In this document: positions 26,401 through 35,247 of the stretch, in pieces
Layout of the letters: every line of letters begins with the position of its first letter
Numbering within the stretch: position 1 is the stretch's first letter
Source of the DNA: a virus
Taxonomy: Duplodnaviria > Caudoviricetes
Reading direction: 5' to 3' (one strand)
Virus record (IMG/VR): IMGVR_UViG_3300028887_000102
Coordinates: 1 to 64,000 of that record
Length of the DNA: 64,000 nucleotides
Translations under genes and position numbers: made by a program
The notes under the pieces: generated by a model
Told to the model about the DNA's origin: nothing
The model's database searches: none
The model's input: only the letters and a program-made list of their open reading frames with translations

Positions 26401-27108
26401 ATGCTCATACCAGTAAACAAACTCCCGTCCAATTTCAAGCCGTATGATTTCAAGTCGTTTACGATGAAAGCAATCAATGCGGAACAAGCCATCAACTTGG
26501 GTCCAGAACCGACCCTTATGGACATCCGTAAGCTCATCCAAACTCTTGTGAACGATGAGATTGATGCAAGCAAACTTGTACCTATCGACTTGAAGTACCT
26601 TGTGGCAATGCTTGCATTCCACGCATATCCAAAGCAATCGTGGACTCTCAAATTGACTTGCCCCGAATGTGGACACCATCACACAAAGGTTGTGGAAATG
26701 AAAGACTTTCCCCCAGTGCCGAGCCTTTCGGATGATGACCCCTACCCACTTACTATTGACGATGGTAAACACGTCTATGAACTAGGCTATGCATCGGTGG
26801 AAGCGATTAGCGGAATTGAAGTAGGCAAGTCCGAAAACATTGATGTCATTGCCGCCCACATCATTTCCATTGACGGCAATACGGATGACATCAAGAAGAA
26901 GTTGCTTGAGATTGAAGATTTCGGTGTTCTTGGTTTGATGTACCAAGCCATCTTGAAATACTTTGAAGTCGAAACCTATGCGGAGTTCAAATGCCCCAAA
27001 TGCGAAAAGACTTACAAGGTCGCAATGAGTGCTATTGAGGTCACTCAATACACTCCGTTTCTTGACGAGAAAACGCCTAGCCGATATAAGACTAATTTTA
27101 GGCTTTGA
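26401..27108 (+). CDS. Baseplate hub/tail assembly chaperone (T4 gp26-like), two CPxC pairs
   Basis: LTCPECG and FKCPKCE; upstream of tape measure. Confidence 0.75.
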   Translation: MLIPVNKLPSNFKPYDFKSFTMKAINAEQAINLGPEPTLMDIRKLIQTLVNDEIDASKLVPIDLKYLVAMLAFHAYPKQSWTLKLTCPECGHHHTKVVEMKDFPPVPSLSDDDPYPLTIDDGKHVYELGYASVEAISGIEVGKSENIDVIAAHIISIDGNTDDIKKKLLEIEDFGVLGLMYQAILKYFEVETYAEFKCPKCEKTYKVAMSAIEVTQYTPFLDEKTPSRYKTNFRL

Positions 27109-27211
27109 TTTCAATATGCAACTTTCCCTAGCCGAGATAGAAGACTATCTCCGTGCTAGAGAAGAAATGCTGGAGAAAGAAAAGCGGAACAACAATAAGA
27201 AAAAGGTATAG
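27106..27211 (+). CDS. Short +1-frame ORF, likely frameshift extension of tail chaperone (GT-like)
   Basis: Open +1 frame overlapping the CTT TGA stop; ATG 27116 has no SD. Confidence 0.5.
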
Positions 27212-27213
27212 TT

Positions 27214-29232
27214 ATGGCATTGACGCTTGAACAACTTTTTGAAAATATGCGAAGCACCACGGAGTCCAAAGAAGATGGAAACCCGTTGAAAGATATTTTC
27301 AATCGGGCGTTCAAGTCGTTTGATGGTGTGGCTAATAGTCTCAAGAACCTTTCCGAACAAATCAAGGTCCAGAATGCCCAAAACCAAACCGCCCGATTAA
27401 CCGGTGCGGCATCGGATGTTCAATCCCAAATCCGTGAATTGCTCCAAGCAAAAATCGCAGAAGACCAGATTGAATCCGAACGAAACAAAAGGATGATGGA
27501 CATTGCCGAAAGGCTCGTTCCCCAAGTGACGGAAGAACAACTCAAGGCATTCCGTATGCAACAGTTGTTGTTTAAGGAACACCAAAAGACACTTGAGAAC
27601 ACCCTTGACATCGAGAAGAAAAAAGCCGAAGTTCAAAAGCAAGCCGCACAAGATATGGCTAATCGGCAGATAGCCACTATCAAGGACAAGTATGGTACTT
27701 TTGAATCCGCTATCGCAGGTGCCGGTAATATGGCACAAGACTCGCTATCAAAATACTTGATTAGCGGTCTTGGTCGTTTTGTAAAAGAACGAAAAGAAGA
27801 CCCCCAGATAGCACGTGCGAACACCATCACCGAAAACAAGAAGAACCTTGCGGACAAGATGCTTGCTACCCGGACGGACAATATCAAAGAAGATTTTGCC
27901 ATCCGTGCCGCAAAGCAACACATCGCAGACCCCGGCTCTGCATCCAAGCTCTATGCCGAAAGGGATTCCGATGTCAAGAGCCTTGCATCGCAGGGGGCAT
28001 CCATTGAAAAGGGATTGGCTTCTGGCAAGTACAAGTTCTCATTGCCCAAGGTTGAAAAGGCAATGTCCGATGTTGCCAAGGCTATCAAGGGCGAAGACAC
28101 ACCCAATATTGCTAAAGCGGACATTGCCGAGATTCAAGAGATTCCGGAAATCACAAAGGATAGCATAAATAAGTTGCTTGACTTTGAGCCACCCACCGTT
28201 GAAGCAAAGGTGGATGCACCGAACCCCCCGAAGACCGAACCTACGGCAAAGATAGAACCGAACCCCCCGAAAGCCGTACCTACGGAAAAGAAAGAACCGA
28301 CACCAAAGAAAGCTCCGAAGAATGCAAAGATGCAGAAAGCCACACGGCAGAGTTCATCCTTGCTTACTCCGGCAACAAAGCGAACACCCCAGACCACAAG
28401 GATTGCCCCCGCAACTCCTATGAAAGCGGGTGCGACTAAAAATGCCGTCAAGACGGCAAGTGTCGGTGTAAAAGCCACAAAGACCGGGGCATCCGTTGCT
28501 TCGGGAGCAAGGGCGGTTGGAGCATTCGGTAGCAAAGCCGGTGCCATCAATGTGGGTGCAATCGGTTCGGCGCTAGGCTCTATGTCTGCCAAACTTGGTA
28601 CACTCGCTAGTTCATCTCTCAAGTTCCTTGGACCCTGGGGAATGGTGGCTAGTGCCGTAATGTCTTTTGATAGACTTGTTCCTATCATAAGCCAAGGTGT
28701 AGGAGCAATCCTTGACATAACAAAAGTTATTATGCCCCTACTCGTTTCCAGTATCATAGAGGGGTTTGCTCAAGGTGTCGGCGCTTTGAATGGTCTTATC
28801 AACTTGTTAGACCACGCACCACTTTTCGGTAGAAAATGGACGGAATCGGGAGAAGTCACGAAAGCCGTAGCATCCGAAAGGGATAAAGAAGCCGAACGGC
28901 AAACCAGATTGAGTACGGCAAAGAAGCAAGCCGCCTTGGGTGGTGGTACACTTGACACGACATCTGCCGTCAAGGGTGTTAATGCAGGGTTCGCACAAGT
29001 TGGAAAGCCCCTTGTGACGAGACAAGAAACGACTCTCACGAACCCGGCAGAAGCGGCTAGGGTCTCCGCACCCCCTCCGCAAGAACCCCAGCAGAACTTT
29101 TCTATGGACGATTGGAAACAACAAACAGAGCAAAACCAAGCGATGCGAGAAGCCGTACTCGCGGCATCCAAGAATCCGGGAACTACACCGATTATGGTGT
29201 CTAGTCCTTATATGGAGCCGTGGCCGGCTTGA
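27214..29232 (+). CDS. Tape measure-like protein
   Basis: Helical coiled-coil N-half, Ala/Gly-rich hydrophobic segment, position after chaperone. Confidence 0.7.
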   Translation: MALTLEQLFENMRSTTESKEDGNPLKDIFNRAFKSFDGVANSLKNLSEQIKVQNAQNQTARLTGAASDVQSQIRELLQAKIAEDQIESERNKRMMDIAERLVPQVTEEQLKAFRMQQLLFKEHQKTLENTLDIEKKKAEVQKQAAQDMANRQIATIKDKYGTFESAIAGAGNMAQDSLSKYLISGLGRFVKERKEDPQIARANTITENKKNLADKMLATRTDNIKEDFAIRAAKQHIADPGSASKLYAERDSDVKSLASQGASIEKGLASGKYKFSLPKVEKAMSDVAKAIKGEDTPNIAKADIAEIQEIPEITKDSINKLLDFEPPTVEAKVDAPNPPKTEPTAKIEPNPPKAVPTEKKEPTPKKAPKNAKMQKATRQSSSLLTPATKRTPQTTRIAPATPMKAGATKNAVKTASVGVKATKTGASVASGARAVGAFGSKAGAINVGAIGSALGSMSAKLGTLASSSLKFLGPWGMVASAVMSFDRLVPIISQGVGAILDITKVIMPLLVSSIIEGFAQGVGALNGLINLLDHAPLFGRKWTESGEVTKAVASERDKEAERQTRLSTAKKQAALGGGTLDTTSAVKGVNAGFAQVGKPLVTRQETTLTNPAEAARVSAPPPQEPQQNFSMDDWKQQTEQNQAMREAVLAASKNPGTTPIMVSSPYMEPWPA

Positions 29233-29241
29233 GGGTAAACG

Positions 29242-30168
29242 ATGCCTACGATTGAATCTAAAGAATTTCGCTATGCGGCAAGAGCCAACTGTTATCGGTA
29301 TGGTTGTCTCTATGTGTATTCGGACAATCCTATTAGCCTTGATGACCATAATTTCCCATCGTACTCATCCAAAGAGAGTACCGGTGCCGTTGAGAAGTTC
29401 CTATCCTTGATTCAAAGTTTAGGTTCTCAAGCAACCGGCAACGACCCTGCGGACAAGTTGTCCAAGCCCCTGCCGGGTGTTCAATGGAACGATGGTGGTG
29501 GTACATTAAGTCAATCTATCACGCTTGACGGCACAATGTATTTCTTGAGTTATAACGACTATGTGGATTGCAAAAGGTCACTCCGCAAAGAAATCGTTAG
29601 CCAAGGTTGGGAACAAGTCGTGTCCAGAAATGAAACTCTGGGTATGAGCCTTTCTACCTATCGCCCTGCAAAGCACGGTTCGGATGCCCTTTACAACGAT
29701 GACCCAGTGGATGCGGCAGGGATGGCTATGATGACATCCGCAATGCAACATTCGATGGACCAGACCAAGATGCTTGTCGGCTACATATCTAGCGATTCCC
29801 AAATGTATGCCGAGGGCAAAGCAAGGTCTGAATCGTCTATGGCCGGCAAGTTGGCTGGTGTTCCGGTGGCAGGGGCTATCGGTGGCATCGGTGCAAACAT
29901 CGCGGCTGGTGTTGAAGCGATGGGTTCTAACTTTAATTCGGGTATCGTAGGCAAATGGCGATTCGCTGGTCATCCGGTAGAATTGCTCATAGAGGGTGGT
30001 GTGGCAAGGGCTAGTGTAAGTGCCGTTATGTCCAAGGCTACATTCACGGAACAAGCCTATGTGGTAGATGATACATCTGGTAATCAAGTATATCCTACCG
30101 AGATGAAAGTACGGATTGAACTTGTCAATATGTATGGTTCTTTGTTCACGGCATCATCGGAGAAGTAA
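29242..30168 (+). CDS. Baseplate/tube-initiator protein (gp48/54-like)
   Basis: Position; Ala/Gly insert; tube-like C-terminal strands. Confidence 0.45.
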   Translation: MPTIESKEFRYAARANCYRYGCLYVYSDNPISLDDHNFPSYSSKESTGAVEKFLSLIQSLGSQATGNDPADKLSKPLPGVQWNDGGGTLSQSITLDGTMYFLSYNDYVDCKRSLRKEIVSQGWEQVVSRNETLGMSLSTYRPAKHGSDALYNDDPVDAAGMAMMTSAMQHSMDQTKMLVGYISSDSQMYAEGKARSESSMAGKLAGVPVAGAIGGIGANIAAGVEAMGSNFNSGIVGKWRFAGHPVELLIEGGVARASVSAVMSKATFTEQAYVVDDTSGNQVYPTEMKVRIELVNMYGSLFTASSEK

Positions 30169-30171
30169 ACT

Positions 30172-30438
30172 ATGGATGAGATAAGAAGCATTGAGAGATT
30201 CCTTGAATCCAATAGTAGTGTCAATCCCCGACCGGCTGCCGGGACGGTTGTACAAGCGGACTTGAAGACCAAGTATCGCCCGGACAAGTTGTTTGTCCGT
30301 GATGGGTTGATGAAGTGGAATATGATATTCAACGGCATCGACACACCACATAGGATGGCAAACCGCAGTATGCAAGTCCGCATAGACCCTACTTGGCTCA
30401 AGACGGAACTTGCAGAAATAAAGGATTTCAAGATTTAA
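30172..30438 (+). CDS. LysM/gp53-like baseplate wedge protein
   Basis: YRPD...W..IFNGI.TP pattern. Confidence 0.6.
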   Translation: MDEIRSIERFLESNSSVNPRPAAGTVVQADLKTKYRPDKLFVRDGLMKWNMIFNGIDTPHRMANRSMQVRIDPTWLKTELAEIKDFKI

Positions 30439-30441
30439 ATT

Positions 30442-31245
30442 ATGGTTGAATGCAGTATCGGACATATTGACGGAGCGATAATCCGCAAGGCTTTATCGGG
30501 CTACACATTCGCACAAATTACCGTGCCGATGGAGAACTACAACGATTCTCCAAAGTTCACTCTTACGATAGATAAGAAAACTACCGAGTACAAGATGGTT
30601 GGTAGCGAAGTGTTTATGCAATCTGGGTCAAAAACCGCCGTTAAGATTTCTGCAATCAAAGCCGAACAAGAAAAATGGCTTGAAGTCGTTCCGTCATCCG
30701 TTGAAGAAGCGGACATCAAAGACTTGCTCAAGGGTCTTGAGATTGAAGACGGCCCAAGTCTGCCGGTGTCTAATCTAATCAATATTTTCTTGACCAAGGG
30801 TCAATATGCATTGATGCTTGCCAATATGACCGCGAAGAATGCTTTCATAGACTTTGACAAGCAAAAAGTTGTCTATTATTCGGAGCTTTATAAGCAAAAA
30901 GCCCAAGTCATCCAAGTTCCGTTCCGTAGAATTTATAGCCGAGTTCCAATGGCTGGTTATTTCGGATGGGAAGAAACGGCAAGTGGTTATTTCCCGGATG
31001 ATGCCCAGGCCATCATACCTTTCGGTCAATTCAATAATATGGACAAGAACACCCTTGACAACCTAGTGACCAACTGCAATGACATCGCCAAAATGTTTAG
31101 CGATTTGCAAGTGTTCACTTGGCCCGAAGAACTTGAATTGGGAACTGCGGTATTGAGTCCATTGACGATGGACAAGAAAATAATCGTAGCCGTTGAAGAA
31201 CAATGGGATTCCCAGACCCCACTCAACGCTTTCTACTGCATCTAA
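30442..31245 (+). CDS. Baseplate hub protein (gp27/gpD-like)
   Basis: Follows LysM-like gene; DFD.QKVVYYSELY pattern. Confidence 0.5.
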   Translation: MVECSIGHIDGAIIRKALSGYTFAQITVPMENYNDSPKFTLTIDKKTTEYKMVGSEVFMQSGSKTAVKISAIKAEQEKWLEVVPSSVEEADIKDLLKGLEIEDGPSLPVSNLINIFLTKGQYALMLANMTAKNAFIDFDKQKVVYYSELYKQKAQVIQVPFRRIYSRVPMAGYFGWEETASGYFPDDAQAIIPFGQFNNMDKNTLDNLVTNCNDIAKMFSDLQVFTWPEELELGTAVLSPLTMDKKIIVAVEEQWDSQTPLNAFYCI

Positions 31246-31285
31246 TTGTAAGTAAAATGTAAGTAATAATTTTTAAAGAAATCTA

Positions 31286-31314
31286 TTGACAAGTTTGTGA
31301 TATTTACTTATATT
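31286..31314 (+). promoter_or_regulatory. Early promoter copy 5
   Basis: TTGACA-17-TATATT. Confidence 0.85.
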
Positions 31315-31343
31315 CATATCGGAAAATCAAAAGGAGTTCCGAT

Positions 31344-31742
31344 ATGGCAGATACTAGGATTCTTGATAGGGATGCGGCTCTTATTGAAGCCCACAAGTTC
31401 TTTGACAAAAAAGCCAACCATTACCATACTAAATTTGAATCCACCGAAAAGGGTTCTTTTGAAGAACTCAAGGCTTTTGCCGTATATAACGAACTCAATG
31501 AAATTCGGAACAATCTTTGGTTATGCATAACCTATGGTTCGGGAAATACCAAAGTGTCCATTGATAGAAAGCGGATTTGGACGGCATATACAGTCTTCCA
31601 AGATAGAACAAAGAAATGTCTCAAGGTTTACGAAGCACACCCCTATGGAGATAAGGGCAAACGAGCCTACTTGAACTACAAGAATAGCGAATCCATTGAA
31701 GATGCTCTCTGGAAGACCTACGATTCTTTAGCCCATAAATAA
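31344..31742 (+). CDS. Hypothetical early protein
   Basis: AAGGAG RBS. Confidence 0.65.
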   Translation: MADTRILDRDAALIEAHKFFDKKANHYHTKFESTEKGSFEELKAFAVYNELNEIRNNLWLCITYGSGNTKVSIDRKRIWTAYTVFQDRTKKCLKVYEAHPYGDKGKRAYLNYKNSESIEDALWKTYDSLAHK

Positions 31743-31754
31743 GGAGACCACCGT

Positions 31755-31949
31755 ATGCGAAACACTTGCAAGATTCCCACTCTCAAGGATGCGAAGTTGC
31801 ACGGATGGACGGCAACAAAAAAATTCATTGACAAAGAACCCGACAAGAAAGGTAGGATGCAATACTACTATGACTTTACGGATAAAACCGGAAAGGTAAT
31901 GGGCTTCTCAAAACTTGTCGTGGTCAAAGTCAAAAAGCCAATTAAATAG
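31755..31949 (+). CDS. Small basic hypothetical protein
   Basis: AAGGAG RBS. Confidence 0.6.
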   Translation: MRNTCKIPTLKDAKLHGWTATKKFIDKEPDKKGRMQYYYDFTDKTGKVMGFSKLVVVKVKKPIK

Positions 31950-32006
31950 GAGAAAACCAATATGAATAAAGAAGAACTTACCACCAACGACTAATCGGGA
32001 GTCTAT

Positions 32007-32495
32007 ATGTACGAATACATCATTAGTGCAAGCAATTATCCTAGCAAGGGTCCAAAATGGCAAGATGTCACTAAAATCGAGCATACTGGCACTAACTATG
32101 CGGAAGTAGCAGACACAACCCGAAAACTCGCCAAGACTGTATTCTCAAAGCGAGACATCGTTGAATATAGTGTAATGCAGAGACTCCGTAAAACGGATGA
32201 GTGCATCGTCATCAAGTATTTCCGATACCATCCCCTGCCGAAGACCATCGCCGATTTGAAGAAAGCACCACGGGATGATTGGAACTCCAAGAACAAGGTT
32301 AGCATCGGTGACAAAATCAAAATCGTAGGTCTTGTTCCGAATCGTGATGGTAAACTAGACCCAGCGGAAAAGCGATACATCGGAAAGGTCGGTGTCGTGA
32401 CCCATATTGATAGCAAGGGTAGCATTGCCGGTACTTGGGGTGGAATCCGCTTGCTCCCCGAAGACCTTTTCAAAATCATAAAAAGAACCAAATAA
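32007..32495 (+). CDS. Protein with C-terminal DUF4314-like SH3-type domain
   Basis: IGDKIKIV...G.V..ID.KG.I.GTWG..L..ED.F pattern. Confidence 0.55.
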   Translation: MYEYIISASNYPSKGPKWQDVTKIEHTGTNYAEVADTTRKLAKTVFSKRDIVEYSVMQRLRKTDECIVIKYFRYHPLPKTIADLKKAPRDDWNSKNKVSIGDKIKIVGLVPNRDGKLDPAEKRYIGKVGVVTHIDSKGSIAGTWGGIRLLPEDLFKIIKRTK

Positions 32496-32498
32496 AGG

Positions 32499-34070
32499 AT
32501 GATTATGATTGATGAAAAATTTAAAGATATTACGGAATCGTTCGACACGGAACTCTCCGAAATCATAAATAAGAAGAACACCCTCATTGAAGATGCAAAG
32601 CAACTGCAAACAAAGATGCAGGGTGTTCAATCTGCGGAAAACGAATGCCGCAACCGCATATACAACAAGAAACTTGAGTTCGCCAAGGATTACATTACCA
32701 ACAATATCCTTACGATGCCCACACCAAAAAAGTGGGATTTTCATAGAGTTATGGAACTCCGTAAAGCTCTAGCGAATAGCAAGTGTACAACGGCAGACGA
32801 AAGGGCTGAATCATTGAAAGTCCTTCAAGAATTGAAATTGTATGTGACTACATTTCCGATTGTTGAACGAATCGCAGGGTTGCTCAAGACATGGACTGCA
32901 AGTGCCATCGACATATCGGGCGAAAAACCTAAAGATGGAAGATACCCTTACGAATTGCAACTTACGGTCAATGGTAGCGACCCTATTCTTTTCGTGAGCA
33001 ATAGGATTTGGTTTTACCGCGACTGGGAAGACCACGGCTATGAACGCCAATCCATAGCCAATTTTATGTACCGCGATTCCGATGGGTACGCCCGTTGCGG
33101 ATATGTTGATTATTGGGAAATCCTATGTGCCGAAACGGTCTTGTCCGCAGAGTACATCGCCGGAGCCATAAACAAGGATAACGATAATAGTTTCCAATAC
33201 CATTCGATATTGCACAAGATTGGTAGTAGAAACGGATATTGCCCGATGTCCAATGAAAGATTTTCATACGCTACGGACTACGAACTTGCCGCCAAACTCA
33301 TCGCATATAATTACAAGTGGTTCAAGGTTGATGATATTCTCAAGGCACATCCGCAGATTAAAGAAACAATTATTGCGGATAATAGTGGCGTGGCTGAAAA
33401 TACCCAGGAAAACGAAGTTATACTTAAACCGTGGATTGATTTGGTCTATCAAATTATAATAAGCCCCAAAGCCAAAGTAAGTGATATTATCCACAAGACG
33501 ATTGATACCAATATGCTTGCACAAGTGGATAAGATTGATTTTGACTACAAGAGCCGTTCCGTAGTATGGACGGAATATTCCGATGGCGAAATGGTCTTCG
33601 ACCCGGACACTTGCGAAATGATTCACAAGCACGGAACACCCCATACCGTGAGCCTTGATGGTGTCATCGTTAAAGACATTCCAGAATACTTGATTGAAAA
33701 CATCATAGAACTTTCAAAGTATGGTGTTGCCTATGGTATGCTATATGTGTCCAAGCATACGGGTATTGGGGAATCCAGCGATGAAACCTACAACACGGAT
33801 TATATGACCCCCAAGAACCGCAGAGTTCTTCTTGACAAGGAACTTTCGGAATATGGTGTCATTTCCCAAGTTAAGCGTGAACGAGATTACTGGGTGGTTC
33901 TCAACTTTACAATAGCCCTCAAAGTTCCCAAAACACAATTTGAAGAAAAATATAAGGACTACATTCACGGCTCAACAAACAATAATGAACCAAAGTACCG
34001 GTTTTACCCGGTGTTTGATGATAACAAGAACATCGTTGGGATTACTGCGAAGAAACCGAAGCGAAGATGA
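32499..34070 (+). CDS. Hypothetical protein, N-terminal coiled coil, 523 aa
   Basis: Long ORF with RBS. Confidence 0.65.
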   Translation: MIMIDEKFKDITESFDTELSEIINKKNTLIEDAKQLQTKMQGVQSAENECRNRIYNKKLEFAKDYITNNILTMPTPKKWDFHRVMELRKALANSKCTTADERAESLKVLQELKLYVTTFPIVERIAGLLKTWTASAIDISGEKPKDGRYPYELQLTVNGSDPILFVSNRIWFYRDWEDHGYERQSIANFMYRDSDGYARCGYVDYWEILCAETVLSAEYIAGAINKDNDNSFQYHSILHKIGSRNGYCPMSNERFSYATDYELAAKLIAYNYKWFKVDDILKAHPQIKETIIADNSGVAENTQENEVILKPWIDLVYQIIISPKAKVSDIIHKTIDTNMLAQVDKIDFDYKSRSVVWTEYSDGEMVFDPDTCEMIHKHGTPHTVSLDGVIVKDIPEYLIENIIELSKYGVAYGMLYVSKHTGIGESSDETYNTDYMTPKNRRVLLDKELSEYGVISQVKRERDYWVVLNFTIALKVPKTQFEEKYKDYIHGSTNNNEPKYRFYPVFDDNKNIVGITAKKPKRR

Positions 34071-34142
34071 TTTCCCTATGCGTTTATGTGCATAATGGAA
34101 TAGAGTTTAAAGACAAATACATTGGACTCCATATAAACCCAC

Positions 34143-34167
34143 AAAAGAGCCTTTCTAGGCTCTTTTT
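34143..34167. terminator. Bidirectional terminator
   Basis: AAAAGAGCCT/AGGCTCTTTT between convergent genes. Confidence 0.75.
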
Positions 34168-34209
34168 CCGTTTAGGGGTATAAAGGTAGCACCCCACCAT
34201 ACGAAACGG

Positions 34210-34692
34210 CTACGGAGAGTGGTTTTCTTTAACTGGCGTGGTCAATTCGGAACGAAGATACCAATGACCCTTGATACATTTATGGGTCTTGCAATATTTT
34301 CGCATAGATAGCCTACTTTTCCGATTACATTTAAGTCTATTGGCAGCCCTATATGCTCGCCAATATTCGACACCATCGGAGACATGGCCATACTTGGGGA
34401 ACAATACGGATTTAGAATTAGCCGATTGTTCTTTAGGTGTAGCATACCTTAAATTTTCGGGTCGGTTATCCGAACGATTTCTATTGATATGGTCAATAGA
34501 ACACCCTATGGGGCATTCTCCAATAAATGTTTCTGCAACTAGACGATGGACACGAATCTTTTTTCCATTATAGCAGATATACCTATAACCCCTTGAATTT
34601 GAGCCAAACGCCCAATTTTTACCATTATTATGGCTAACAGCACCATCGGAGCGAACTAAAATGTTCAAAGATGGATGATTCTTTACAATCAT
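34210..34692 (-). CDS. HNH homing endonuclease (I-HmuI/HNH_3 type)
   Basis: RVHRLVAETF...IDHINRNRSDNRPENLRY. Confidence 0.9.
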   Translation of the reverse strand: MIVKNHPSLNILVRSDGAVSHNNGKNWAFGSNSRGYRYICYNGKKIRVHRLVAETFIGECPIGCSIDHINRNRSDNRPENLRYATPKEQSANSKSVLFPKYGHVSDGVEYWRAYRAANRLKCNRKSRLSMRKYCKTHKCIKGHWYLRSELTTPVKENHSP

Positions 34693-35247
34693 ACGAAAAG
34701 CCTACAAATAGAATACCCAGCATCCGCATAAAGTGGTAGTTTACGAATACTGGGCATTCCAAAAATGCAGATTCTATGAGATATGCGAACTACCACGAAC
34801 ACATATCAATACACCAAAAATATATAAATTTTTCTAGTAAAGGCAACTCAATCTCAACAACCATAAGGGATTCTTTAAAAAAACAATTTAACTAATGGGA
34901 GCTGTATGGGGAGGTGCTGGGTGTTATTAGAGTAGGTAGAATACTAGGATAGAAATAAGAGAAAGTATAGGGGGTATGTAGGCGAGATGGCGGTGTAGAT
35001 TCCTAGATGCTTAAAAAAGTTTACAATCATTCCTAGCCATTTCGGAAATTTTGTGCTATATTTGTATCAACTTTGAATCCGAATCGCTTTGCGCAATTTG
35101 CGATTTGGTTCTCTTCAAAATTCGACGGGGTGGATTCCCCTAAAAAGGAGTCCACCCCAACCCATTGAATTTTGAATGGCATAAAGTTCACTAGCGGAGT
35201 TATGAAGGGCTAGTGCTAATGATGGGTCGAATTTCGTAGAGGATTCA

